Below are positions 44,032 through 52,277 of a DNA stretch of 64,000 nt, in pieces (position 1 is the stretch's first letter; every line of letters begins with the position of its first letter). Under the pieces are notes generated by a model, which ran no database searches, was not told where the DNA came from, and was given only the letters and a program-made list of their open reading frames with translations. The position numbers were made by a program, and so were the translations under genes. The stretch is from Candidatus Multivoradales bacterium (GTDB lineage Bacteria; Acidobacteriota; Thermoanaerobaculia; Multivoradales; JAHEKO01). The stretch lies in NCBI GenBank assembly GCA_965223875.1, contig OZ245024.1, positions 236,015 to 300,014 of the forward strand, read 5' to 3'.

Positions 44032-45591
44032 TCATCCGGGGCTTTCGGGCTCTTCGGGGCTCTCGTCGTCCGTCTCCTGACCCCCTCGGAAGGCACGAAT
44101 CACCGCCTTGCGATCGAGCTTGCCGCTCGCCGTGCGCGGCATCCGCCCGGGCCATGGATGAAGCTCGGGAATCATATAGGCGGGCATCCGTCGCCTGCAA
44201 AAGGACGACAGGGCCTTCATGTCGAGCCCTCCCTCCTCCACTTCGACGGCCAGGTGCACCCGCTGTCCGAGCCTGGCGTCATCGACGCCGAAGGCGATCG
44301 CGCCGTCGACGAGCCGGCTGGAATAGGCGATCTCCTCGATCTCGGTGGGACTCATCCGGTAGCCGCTCGACTTGATCATCTCGTCACGTCGCCCTTCGAA
44401 CCAGAGACACCCGTCTTCGTCGCAACGCACGAGATCTCCGCTGTGGACGACCGGACGATCGCCGATCAGCTCCCGGAGGTGCTCGCTGGGTCGGATGCGC
44501 TCGGCGGTCGCTTCGGGAGCGTTCCAGTAGCCGCGCGACACCAGCTTGCCTGCGTGCAGCAGCTCGCCGACCTCGCCCGTCGCACAGAGGCCCCGATCCG
44601 GATCGACGACGTAGATCTGGACGCCGGGAACCGGCCAGCCGATGGCGCCGGTCTTGTCGGCGAAGCGGTCCGGCGGCAGGCTGGTCGATCGGAACGACTC
44701 GGTCAGGCCGTACATCAGGTGGATCGACGTCCCGGGGAAGATCCGGGGCATCCTGGCCAGGGTCGTGTCGGGGATCTTGCCTCCCGTGTTGGTCAGGTAG
44801 CGCAGCGATCCCAGTCGCTCACCGGATTCCTCGAGGTAGCGCACGAGCTCGATCCAGCTGGGCGGCACCAGCGCCAGGCCGGTCACGTCGTGCGATCGAA
44901 CGGTCCGGACGATCTCGGACGGAAACGGCGTCCTCTGCAGGACCAGGGTGCCGCCCGCATGGAGCATCGTGGCCAGTTGATTCAGGCCGTAGTCGAAGCT
45001 CATCGGAAGAAGGCCGAGGATCCGGTCCTCCGGCGCATTGCCGAGATATCCGGCAACGATCTCGGCTCCGTCGACGATGTTGCGATGGGTCAGCATGACG
45101 CCCCTCGGCGAGCCGGTCGACCCCGAGGTGTAGAGCAGCGCGGCCAGATCATCGGGACCCGGGAGCGTCCTCTCGGACGGGCGGTCGTCCGGCAGGGAGC
45201 TCCAGTCCAGGCCCCGTGCCGGATCGACGGCGACGAGCGGGCAGCCCAGTGAGGCCAGTCGCCCGGCCCCGCGGGCGTCGGTGAAGAGCATCGAAAGCTC
45301 GCAGTCCCGGTGGGCATGTGCGACCTGGTGCCGCGTCCAGGCGGGACTGAGGTTGACGAAGACCGCCCCGAGGCGCGCCGCGGCGAGGGTGATGACGGCC
45401 TCGTCGAGGCACTTCGGAAGGTGGATGCCGAGCCGATCCCCGGCTCCGACGCCCTCGTCAGCGAGCCACGAGGCGAGCACCTCGGCCCGATGGTGGAGCT
45501 CGCCATAGGTCAGCGACTCGCGCCCGTCGACCAGGACTGGATGATCGCCGCGGCCAGGGAGCTTCGAGGAGAGCAGTCCGAAGAGAGTCAT
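44032..45591 (-). CDS. AMP-dependent adenylating ligase (DltA-like carrier-protein ligase)
   Basis: A3 core motif LYTSGSTGSPRGV, then YGLTE, GELLHAGKLVSRGYW and the C-terminal PRTASGKLDRKA. The start at 45591 overlaps the MBOAT stop (ATGA). Confidence 0.8.
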   Translation of the reverse strand: MTLFGLLSSKLPGRGDHPVLVDGRESLTYGELHHRAEVLASWLADEGVGAGDRLGIHLPKCLDEAVITLAAARLGAVFVNLSPAWTRHQVAHAHRDCELSMLFTDARGAGRLASLGCPLVAVDPARGLDWSSLPDDRPSERTLPGPDDLAALLYTSGSTGSPRGVMLTHRNIVDGAEIVAGYLGNAPEDRILGLLPMSFDYGLNQLATMLHAGGTLVLQRTPFPSEIVRTVRSHDVTGLALVPPSWIELVRYLEESGERLGSLRYLTNTGGKIPDTTLARMPRIFPGTSIHLMYGLTESFRSTSLPPDRFADKTGAIGWPVPGVQIYVVDPDRGLCATGEVGELLHAGKLVSRGYWNAPEATAERIRPSEHLRELIGDRPVVHSGDLVRCDEDGCLWFEGRRDEMIKSSGYRMSPTEIEEIAYSSRLVDGAIAFGVDDARLGQRVHLAVEVEEGGLDMKALSSFCRRRMPAYMIPELHPWPGRMPRTASGKLDRKAVIRAFRGGQETDDESPEEPESPG

Positions 45592-46796
45592 GCGGGTAGC
45601 TCGACGAAGATCAGCTTGCAGAGGATCCGCAGGGCTCCCCAGAGGCCGCCCTCGGGCTCCGCGATGAGGAACGCCATGCTGCCGCAGACGAAGGCCTGGG
45701 TGAAGACGATCGCCGCGGGACGACCGAGCCGGGAGGCCGGCCTCCGGTCCGAGTGCCTCCGGTAGCGATTCCAGGCCGTGTAGATCGCGATCCCGGTGGC
45801 ATGGTAGAGACCCCAGCCCAGCCTCTGCGGCGTCGCCGCGTGCCACATGCCCATGACGAAGAAGGTGGAATAGAGTGCCACGAGCGGCTGCCGCGTGAGG
45901 CCGATGACGGGCATGTAGACATAGCTCTGGCACCACCCCGAGAGGCTCATGTGCCAGCGGCGCCAGTAGTCGCGGATGTTCGACGCGATCACCGGGAGGT
46001 TGAAGTTCTCTCCGATCTCCAGACCGAAGAGGCGCGAGCAACCGATGACGATGTCCGAATAGGCGCTGAAGTCGAGGTAGATCCACAGGTACATCGTCGC
46101 GACGAAGACCCAGGCGGCGGGCACCGACATGTCGGGGAGGGCCTCTAGGAGCGGGTTGCCCCCGGCCGCGACGACGCGATCCCCCGTCGACGGAGGCACG
46201 AGGCGGGCGGCCAGCAGCCCGGCGAGGACGAACTTCTTGATCAGACCGTGGGCGATCCGGGTCAGACCCACGACGAGGTCGTCTGGGGACCAATGCTCCC
46301 GGCGATTGGCCAGGAAGTGATCGAAGCGTTCGATCGGCCCGGCGCTGAAGATCGGGAAGAGGGTCATGTAGCAGAGAAACTCGGCCAGCGAGTGGGCCGG
46401 CAGGCTGCCGCGACTCACCTCCGCCAGGTAGTGGATGAGCTTGAACGAGTAGTAACTGATCCCCAGCGGGACCATGAGCCGGGTCGCGGGACTGTGACCG
46501 ATCAGACCCTCGATGAGTCCCGGAAGGTACTTGAAGGCCGCGAGGAACCCGACGATCGCGAGAATGAGCGCGAAGAGGAGCCAGAGACGTCCTCCCCTGC
46601 CCCGCTGGGTCAACGGGGCGAGGGCGAAAACGACCAGGGACCAGGCGACGAGAGCGGTCACGCTCCAGGGGGCCACCGTCATCAGGTAGCCGAAGGAGGC
46701 CAACGCCAGGAACCCGGGGCGCAGTCTCACCGGCAGCAGCCAGAAGGCCGGCACCGAGGCCGAGAGAACGAGCCAGAAGGCGCTGCTGTTGATCAT
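45588..46796 (-). CDS. MBOAT-family membrane O-acyltransferase (DltB/AlgI-like)
   Basis: Multi-TM protein with the MBOAT catalytic-His region DYWRRWHMSLSGW. Confidence 0.85.
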   Translation of the reverse strand: MINSSAFWLVLSASVPAFWLLPVRLRPGFLALASFGYLMTVAPWSVTALVAWSLVVFALAPLTQRGRGGRLWLLFALILAIVGFLAAFKYLPGLIEGLIGHSPATRLMVPLGISYYSFKLIHYLAEVSRGSLPAHSLAEFLCYMTLFPIFSAGPIERFDHFLANRREHWSPDDLVVGLTRIAHGLIKKFVLAGLLAARLVPPSTGDRVVAAGGNPLLEALPDMSVPAAWVFVATMYLWIYLDFSAYSDIVIGCSRLFGLEIGENFNLPVIASNIRDYWRRWHMSLSGWCQSYVYMPVIGLTRQPLVALYSTFFVMGMWHAATPQRLGWGLYHATGIAIYTAWNRYRRHSDRRPASRLGRPAAIVFTQAFVCGSMAFLIAEPEGGLWGALRILCKLIFVELPA

Positions 46797-46833
46797 TGGC
46801 TCAGCGGGTCCATCTTCGCAGGAGGATCCGGTC

Positions 46834-46965
46834 TCAGAATCCCTGGTAGCGGAAGATCCGTATCCCGGACTCGAGGGTGAGCAGGTTCACCAGTGCCCAG
46901 GTGAGCAGGGTGCCGAGCACGAGGCCCTGAAGAAGGGCGCCGAGAAGGTGCCAGGAACGCTTCAT
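46834..46965 (-). CDS. DltX-like micropeptide (43 aa), not in the ORF track
   Basis: MKRSWHLLGALLQGLVLGTLLTWALVNLLTLESGIRIFRYQGF has a single TM helix and a C-terminal F-x-Y-x-x-F motif, as in Gram-positive DltX. Its ATG overlaps the stop of the upstream gene (ATGA). It lies 37 nt upstream of the MBOAT gene. Confidence 0.55.
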   Translation of the reverse strand: MKRSWHLLGALLQGLVLGTLLTWALVNLLTLESGIRIFRYQGF

Positions 46966-48056
46966 CTCCCGCCCTCCCCCGCATCCAGGAGGTCACCCGT
47001 TCGCAGTCCGAGGACGCGGGTGAAGCGGCGCATCGCCGGCCAGCGGTAGAGGTGGTTGAGGTCGTAGAAGTCCTCCTGCGCCAGGGCAGCCTCCCTCTGC
47101 GGGTTCCAGTAGTGTGCGTCGTTGGCCCGGGCGAATGCCGCCAGGCGACTCCGGTGCCGGTCGAGGAAGGCCTCGCCATACACCTCGGCCGTGGCGCGCG
47201 GTGATAGAGGCGACTCGAACAACACCACCTCGACCGCTCCGCGCTCCTTCAGCTCGGCGATGATGGCTTCGATCGTCCGCAGACAGGCGGCGACGTTGGT
47301 CTCGTAGTCGGTCTCGATGCGCTCTCTGAGCCGCGGCGCGACGTCGTCGAAGACGCCAGGGGGCATCGGCCGCTTGCGCCGCAGGAAGGGATGGACATCC
47401 GGGCTCACCGGACCGTTGGCGAGGTTGCGCGCCAGGTGGGTCATCCGGGGCAGGAAGAAGTGGCGGTTGGCCCAGAAATAGTTGCCCGATTCCCGTTCGA
47501 AGGCCATGCCGAGCGATCCGGGGTCACCGAGCTCCCGGGCCTCGGCGAGCATGCCCGGGCGAACACCGGGGCCGAGTGCCATGCTCGACGGCGTCAGACC
47601 GAGTAGCACGACACCCTCGAACCGCTCGGGAAGGCGCTCGACGATCGAGAGGCTGCCCTCGAGAGACTGCCCCCAACTCGCCAGGTTCCAGACGCTGGGT
47701 TCGGCCCCGCTCGAAGTCGCCACGACCCGGCGCAGCGACGCGGAGCTGGTGATCGCCTCGGTCACCGCCGAGCCACCGAGCACGACGACCACCGGCCGCC
47801 GCGGCGTGACCCGCGACACGGCGGCGAGGCGGGCGGTCAGGAAAAGATCCCCGTCGGATCCGTCGCGCGCGAAGTAGCGGTGCGCTTCGGAGGCGAGGAG
47901 AGCCGGGGTGATCAGCGCCATGCAGAGGCCGAGCGCGACGAGGGGTAGCGCCAGGGTCAGGGCGAGCGCGCCGGCTGACGGCTGCGTAAGACCACGGATG
48001 AAGGCGCGCCGGGCCGAGTCAGAACCGTCGGGCGGCTCCGGATCAGGGCGGCGCAT
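46962..48056 (-). CDS. membrane-anchored extracytoplasmic protein, possibly a divergent SGNH/AlgX-like esterase; first gene of the Dlt-like operon
   Basis: N-terminal TM (ALALTLALPLVALGLCMALI). VVVLGGSAV could be a degenerate GDS block. Translationally coupled to the DltX-like ORF. Confidence 0.45.
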   Translation of the reverse strand: MRRPDPEPPDGSDSARRAFIRGLTQPSAGALALTLALPLVALGLCMALITPALLASEAHRYFARDGSDGDLFLTARLAAVSRVTPRRPVVVVLGGSAVTEAITSSASLRRVVATSSGAEPSVWNLASWGQSLEGSLSIVERLPERFEGVVLLGLTPSSMALGPGVRPGMLAEARELGDPGSLGMAFERESGNYFWANRHFFLPRMTHLARNLANGPVSPDVHPFLRRKRPMPPGVFDDVAPRLRERIETDYETNVAACLRTIEAIIAELKERGAVEVVLFESPLSPRATAEVYGEAFLDRHRSRLAAFARANDAHYWNPQREAALAQEDFYDLNHLYRWPAMRRFTRVLGLRTGDLLDAGEGGR

Positions 48057-48104
48057 CGCCGGATTCTACCGGCGCCGCGGGTAGAATCGCAGCGACCTCC
48101 CGAT

Positions 48105-50156
48105 ATGAGCGCGCAGAGGGTCATGGACGAGCTCGCTTCCTATCTGCCGCTCCTGGTCGCGGTCGTCGCCCTGGTGTTCCTGCAGCGGACGCGTTTCTGG
48201 GGCGCTGTGCTAGCCCAATTCGGTCAGCTCGCCGCGCGGCGGAGGCTGGCGGTCCTTCTCGTGGGTGCTGTCGCGACGGTTCATTTCGCGGCTCTGGCTC
48301 TCTATCACTGGCCGCTGCCGATCTATGCCGACGAATTCAGCTATCTCCTGATGGCGGACACCTTCTCCGAAGGCCGCCTGACCAACCCGACGCCCCCCCT
48401 CCCCTACCTGCTCTGGGCACCCGACGTCATCTTCGAGCCCACCTACCAGTCGAAGTACCCGCCGGCCCAGGGGGTCGCGCTCGCCCTGGGCGGTCTGCTC
48501 GGTGATCCCCTGGTCGGAGTCTGGCTGAGCATGGCGGCGGCGGCCGCGGCGACCTGCTGGATGATGCAGGCCTGGCTGACGCCCCGCTGGGCGCTCGTCG
48601 GCGGACTTCTCGTCGCCACCCACAAGGCGATCGGCACCTTCTGGGGAGCGACCTACTTCGGCGGCGCGATGGCGATGCTCGGCGGCGCCCTCCTCTTCGG
48701 CGGTCTGCCGCGACTCTTCCGCCGGCAGAGCATCGGCCCAGCACCGGCGATCGGCTCAGCACCGGCGATCGGCCCGGCACTGGCGATCGGCCCGGCGCTG
48801 GCGATTGGCACGGGCCTCGCCCTTCTCGCCAACAGCAGGCCGTTCGAGGGACTCGTGGCGAGCCTTCCGGCCGCCTTCGTGATGCTCGTCTGGCTGGTTC
48901 GCGAGCGACGCTTCGCTCGGGGCGTGGTCCTTCGCCGCGTGCTCGTGCCGATCGCTGTCGTCCTGGGACTGGTCGGGCTGGGGATGGGGACCTACCATCG
49001 AGCCGTCACCGGGAATCCGCTGCGAATGCCCTACCAGGTGTTTCTCGAGAGCAGCAACGTCGCCAACGTCGCGCTGCCGGGCGAGCCCCAGGCGCGCAAG
49101 GCGGCGGAGCCTCCGGCTCTCGTCGAGCGACACTTCAAGTTCTTCACTCTCGGCGGTGATCCACACCTGTGGCTGCCGTTGCTGCTTCTACCGCTCGTCG
49201 TTCGGCGCGACCGGTGGATGCAGCTCGCCCTGGTGACGACTCTGCTCACCTACCTGGCCGTCTGGTTCACCGTTCTCGCCTCGGCGCACTACGCGGCGCC
49301 GGTGACCGCCCTGGTCTTCACTCTCTACCTTCAGAGCGTCCGTCACCTCCGCGTACTCCTGCGCCGTTGGCGGCTCGCCTTCCAGGTCTTCGTCGCCGTC
49401 TTTCTGACCTTCTGGGCACTGCAACTGTACGACTCGCCACGATTCCACGCGACGAAGATCCCTCCCGGGCACACCCACGAGTTCGCCCTTCTGCGCGCGG
49501 AGATCAACGAGGAGCTCTCTGAGCGTGGCGGCAGGCATCTCGTGGTGGTGCCCTGGGACAACGTGACGCCGCGGGTTCTCGCCTGGGTCCACAATCCTCC
49601 CGTTCCCGAACAAGCGGAGATCCTCTGGGCCTGGGAGGGGCCCGGACTGGCCGAGCGGTTCGGCGTTCGCACGGTGTGGCGGCTCGACGAGACCTCCTGG
49701 CCCCCCACCCTCGTTCCCTCCTCTAGCTCCCGGACCGCCTGGATCCTGCGCGGAGGCGGCGCACAGTCGACCCTGACGGTCGACGACGAGCGGGCGGTCG
49801 CGGTCGCAATCGGCGCCGCGGGCCCGGAGGCCCCGCCGGCCCGCCTCGTGCACGGACACCCCCCGCTACGAACCGGCGTACGTTACAGGATCGCATTCCG
49901 CGTGCGCTCGGACAGCGCGCGATCGATCGAGGTCCGGGTCGCGCGCGGCGACGGCCGAGAGCTCGGCGACGTTCGCTACCGACAGCACGAGCAGGTGGGG
50001 GTCGACTGGAAGGAGGTCGTCCTCGCCTTCGAGTCCGATCGCTTCCTCGAGCATGCCGCGGTCGAGATCGATCTCGGGAGCGGCGCCGGCAGGATCGAGA
50101 TCGAGGGATTCTCGATTCGCCCGGGCGATACGGCCGGCACCGAATCCGCTATCTGA
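48105..50156 (+). CDS. GT-C-like polytopic membrane protein (putative glycan/lipid-linked sugar transferase) with a C-terminal CBM-like beta-sandwich domain
   Basis: About 12 TM helices. An acidic DEFSY motif in the first extracytoplasmic loop, as in GT-C enzymes (ArnT/PMT DE motifs), and the conserved EPTYQSKYPPAQG. The C-terminal domain is soluble (RYRIAFRVRSD..IEVRV..IEIEGFSIRP). It has a paralog at 60608..62632. Confidence 0.5.
   Translation: MSAQRVMDELASYLPLLVAVVALVFLQRTRFWGAVLAQFGQLAARRRLAVLLVGAVATVHFAALALYHWPLPIYADEFSYLLMADTFSEGRLTNPTPPLPYLLWAPDVIFEPTYQSKYPPAQGVALALGGLLGDPLVGVWLSMAAAAAATCWMMQAWLTPRWALVGGLLVATHKAIGTFWGATYFGGAMAMLGGALLFGGLPRLFRRQSIGPAPAIGSAPAIGPALAIGPALAIGTGLALLANSRPFEGLVASLPAAFVMLVWLVRERRFARGVVLRRVLVPIAVVLGLVGLGMGTYHRAVTGNPLRMPYQVFLESSNVANVALPGEPQARKAAEPPALVERHFKFFTLGGDPHLWLPLLLLPLVVRRDRWMQLALVTTLLTYLAVWFTVLASAHYAAPVTALVFTLYLQSVRHLRVLLRRWRLAFQVFVAVFLTFWALQLYDSPRFHATKIPPGHTHEFALLRAEINEELSERGGRHLVVVPWDNVTPRVLAWVHNPPVPEQAEILWAWEGPGLAERFGVRTVWRLDETSWPPTLVPSSSSRTAWILRGGGAQSTLTVDDERAVAVAIGAAGPEAPPARLVHGHPPLRTGVRYRIAFRVRSDSARSIEVRVARGDGRELGDVRYRQHEQVGVDWKEVVLAFESDRFLEHAAVEIDLGSGAGRIEIEGFSIRPGDTAGTESAI
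48748..48819 (+). repeat. in-frame 18-nt x4 tandem repeat ((A/S)P(A/L)AIG) inside the GT-C-like gene
   Basis: ccagcaccggcgatcggc / tcagcaccggcgatcggc / ccggcactggcgatcggc / ccggcgctggcgattggc. The paralog at 60608..62632 lacks it. Confidence 0.7.
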
Positions 50157-50174
50157 TTGCAGTACGCTACGTCG

Positions 50175-51194
50175 ATGGCGAGCGAACCCTCTCGGCCGAC
50201 ATCGGTCTCCACCGTGGAGCGGCGTCAACAGAGCGCGTCGGAGACGGCGCGACTGGTCTCGGTCGTCATCCCAGCGAGGAACGAGGTCGGCACGATCGCC
50301 GACGCGATCTCGGCGGTTCTGGCGCAGGAGGTCGCCGGTGTGAGGTTGGAGGTCGTCATGGTCGATGACGGATCGACCGACGGGACCGTCGAGGCCGCCG
50401 AGGCGGCGGGAGCGCGAGTGCTCCGTCTCGGTACCGAGGGAGAGGGCGGCAGCCCGGCAGCGGCACGCAATCGCGGCGCCGAGCAGACCGGGGGCGATCC
50501 GATCATCTTCCTCGATGCCGACTGCACGCCGCTCGAGGGTTGGCTGGAAGCGATCCTCCAGGCGCACGACGGCGGAGCCGCGGTCGTCGGCGGGGCGCTC
50601 GACATGCCTCCGGGGCTCTCCCCCACCGCTCGCTGCGACTATTACTGCGGCTGGTACCTCATCCACAGTGGATGCCCGGCCGGCGACGTTCCGCACCACC
50701 CGCCGCCCTGTCTGAGCGTCCGTCGTGAGGCCTTCTTCAGTACGTCCCGGTTCAGCGAGGATCCGCCGCTGGTCTACACCAATGAGGAGCGCGCCTGGCA
50801 GGGAGAGCTACTGCGCCGCGGCGAGCGGATCTACTTCCAGCCTCGGGCGGTCGCCTACCACTACAATCGGTCCGGCTTCCTCAATCTGTTGAAGCGCAAC
50901 TATCGCTGGGCCTATACGGCGCTCGAGGCGAAGGGGCCGAGCGGCTCGGCGCGGTACTCCTGGCTCTACCGGCATCCGCGACTCCTGATCGTCGGTAGCC
51001 TGCCCTTGGCCGGGGCGCAGAGTCTCTACATTCTCGGCTGCTGGCTGAAGGCCGGCGTTTGGGAGCCGCTCTGGATGTTCCCGGGAATCCTCGTCTCGCG
51101 GGTCGCCTACGCGGCGGGGATGTCGGTCGGTGGAATCCGCTGGCTGCGCCGTGGACGGTCCGGACCGGCGGCCAAGGGCCCGCGTTGGGTATGA
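50175..51194 (+). CDS. family 2 glycosyltransferase
   Basis: VSVVIPARNE .. VVMVDDGSTDGT .. FLDADC (DxD). Starts 17 nt after the GT-C-like gene stop. Confidence 0.75.
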   Translation: MASEPSRPTSVSTVERRQQSASETARLVSVVIPARNEVGTIADAISAVLAQEVAGVRLEVVMVDDGSTDGTVEAAEAAGARVLRLGTEGEGGSPAAARNRGAEQTGGDPIIFLDADCTPLEGWLEAILQAHDGGAAVVGGALDMPPGLSPTARCDYYCGWYLIHSGCPAGDVPHHPPPCLSVRREAFFSTSRFSEDPPLVYTNEERAWQGELLRRGERIYFQPRAVAYHYNRSGFLNLLKRNYRWAYTALEAKGPSGSARYSWLYRHPRLLIVGSLPLAGAQSLYILGCWLKAGVWEPLWMFPGILVSRVAYAAGMSVGGIRWLRRGRSGPAAKGPRWV

Positions 51195-52207
51195 GCCGGG
51201 CCGACCTCACCGTAGCCATCTGCACCCGTGACCGGCCCGACGTGCTCGGCCGCGCCCTCGACTCCCTGAACGGGCAGTCCCGGCCGCCTCTCGAGATCCT
51301 GGTGGTGGACAACGCTCCGAGCGACGATGCGACCCGTCGACAGGTCGAGTCGCGCCACCCGGCCGGCGATGGGAGCCCCGCGGTGCGCTATGTCCGTGAG
51401 TCCGTGGCGGGTCTCGACTTCGCGCGCAACCGCGCCCTGGCCGAGGCGCGTGGTGAGATGGTGGCGTTCATCGACGACGATGCGGTCGCCGACAGCGGCT
51501 GGGTGGAGGCGATCGCCGAGGCCTACGGGGAAGGCCGCCGGGTCGGGGCCTGCTCGGGCCGCATCGAGCCTCTGGAGCTCGAGACGGCCGGCCAGAAGCT
51601 CTTCGAGTCGAACGGCGGTCTCTTCGCCGGTGGAGATCGCCGGGAGTCCATTCCCTCCGACCGGATCCGCTCGCGCTGGCACCGCTGGGTTCCGATGATC
51701 GCCTGGGCCGCCGGCTCCGGAAGTGGCTGCAATCTGTCGGTTCGTCGCGATCTCGCCCTCGAGCTGGGAGGCTTCGACGAGGCCCTGGATCTGGGCGCCG
51801 TACTGCCCGGAGGGGGCGACAACGACATGCTCTGGAGGATCCTCGAGTCCGGTGCGGAGGTGGTCTACGAACCGAGGGCGACGGTTCGTCACCAGCATCG
51901 GCGAGAGCTCGACCGGGTCGAGGAGCAGATCCTGGGACATCAACGCGCCCTCGTCGCTCTGACCACGAAAGCCCTTGCGAAGGCACGCGGTCGTGAGCGG
52001 CTCTCCGTCGGCCTGTTCCTGGTCTGGCGATTGCTCAAGCCGGGGGTGCGACTGCTGCGTCGGGCCGTCGGACGGGATCCGCTGCCGGCGCCGCTTCTGC
52101 TCGGCGTGTGGCGGCACTGCTGGCTCGGTCTCAGCGCCTACGCCGAGGGCGTGGAGGTGGCCGCCGAGCGGCGAAGCGCGGCGCTCGGGTCGCAAACGAG
52201 CTCGTAG
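51191..52207 (+). CDS. family 2 glycosyltransferase
   Basis: TVAICTRDRPD .. LVVDNAPSDD .. AFIDDDAV. ATGA overlap with the preceding GT2. Confidence 0.75.
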   Translation: MSRADLTVAICTRDRPDVLGRALDSLNGQSRPPLEILVVDNAPSDDATRRQVESRHPAGDGSPAVRYVRESVAGLDFARNRALAEARGEMVAFIDDDAVADSGWVEAIAEAYGEGRRVGACSGRIEPLELETAGQKLFESNGGLFAGGDRRESIPSDRIRSRWHRWVPMIAWAAGSGSGCNLSVRRDLALELGGFDEALDLGAVLPGGGDNDMLWRILESGAEVVYEPRATVRHQHRRELDRVEEQILGHQRALVALTTKALAKARGRERLSVGLFLVWRLLKPGVRLLRRAVGRDPLPAPLLLGVWRHCWLGLSAYAEGVEVAAERRSAALGSQTSS

Positions 52208-52277
52208 GCCCCGGGTCGTAGTCTGCACGATTCATCAGGCTCCGTCGACGCAGGAGGAGGCTGGTGAATCCTGCAGG

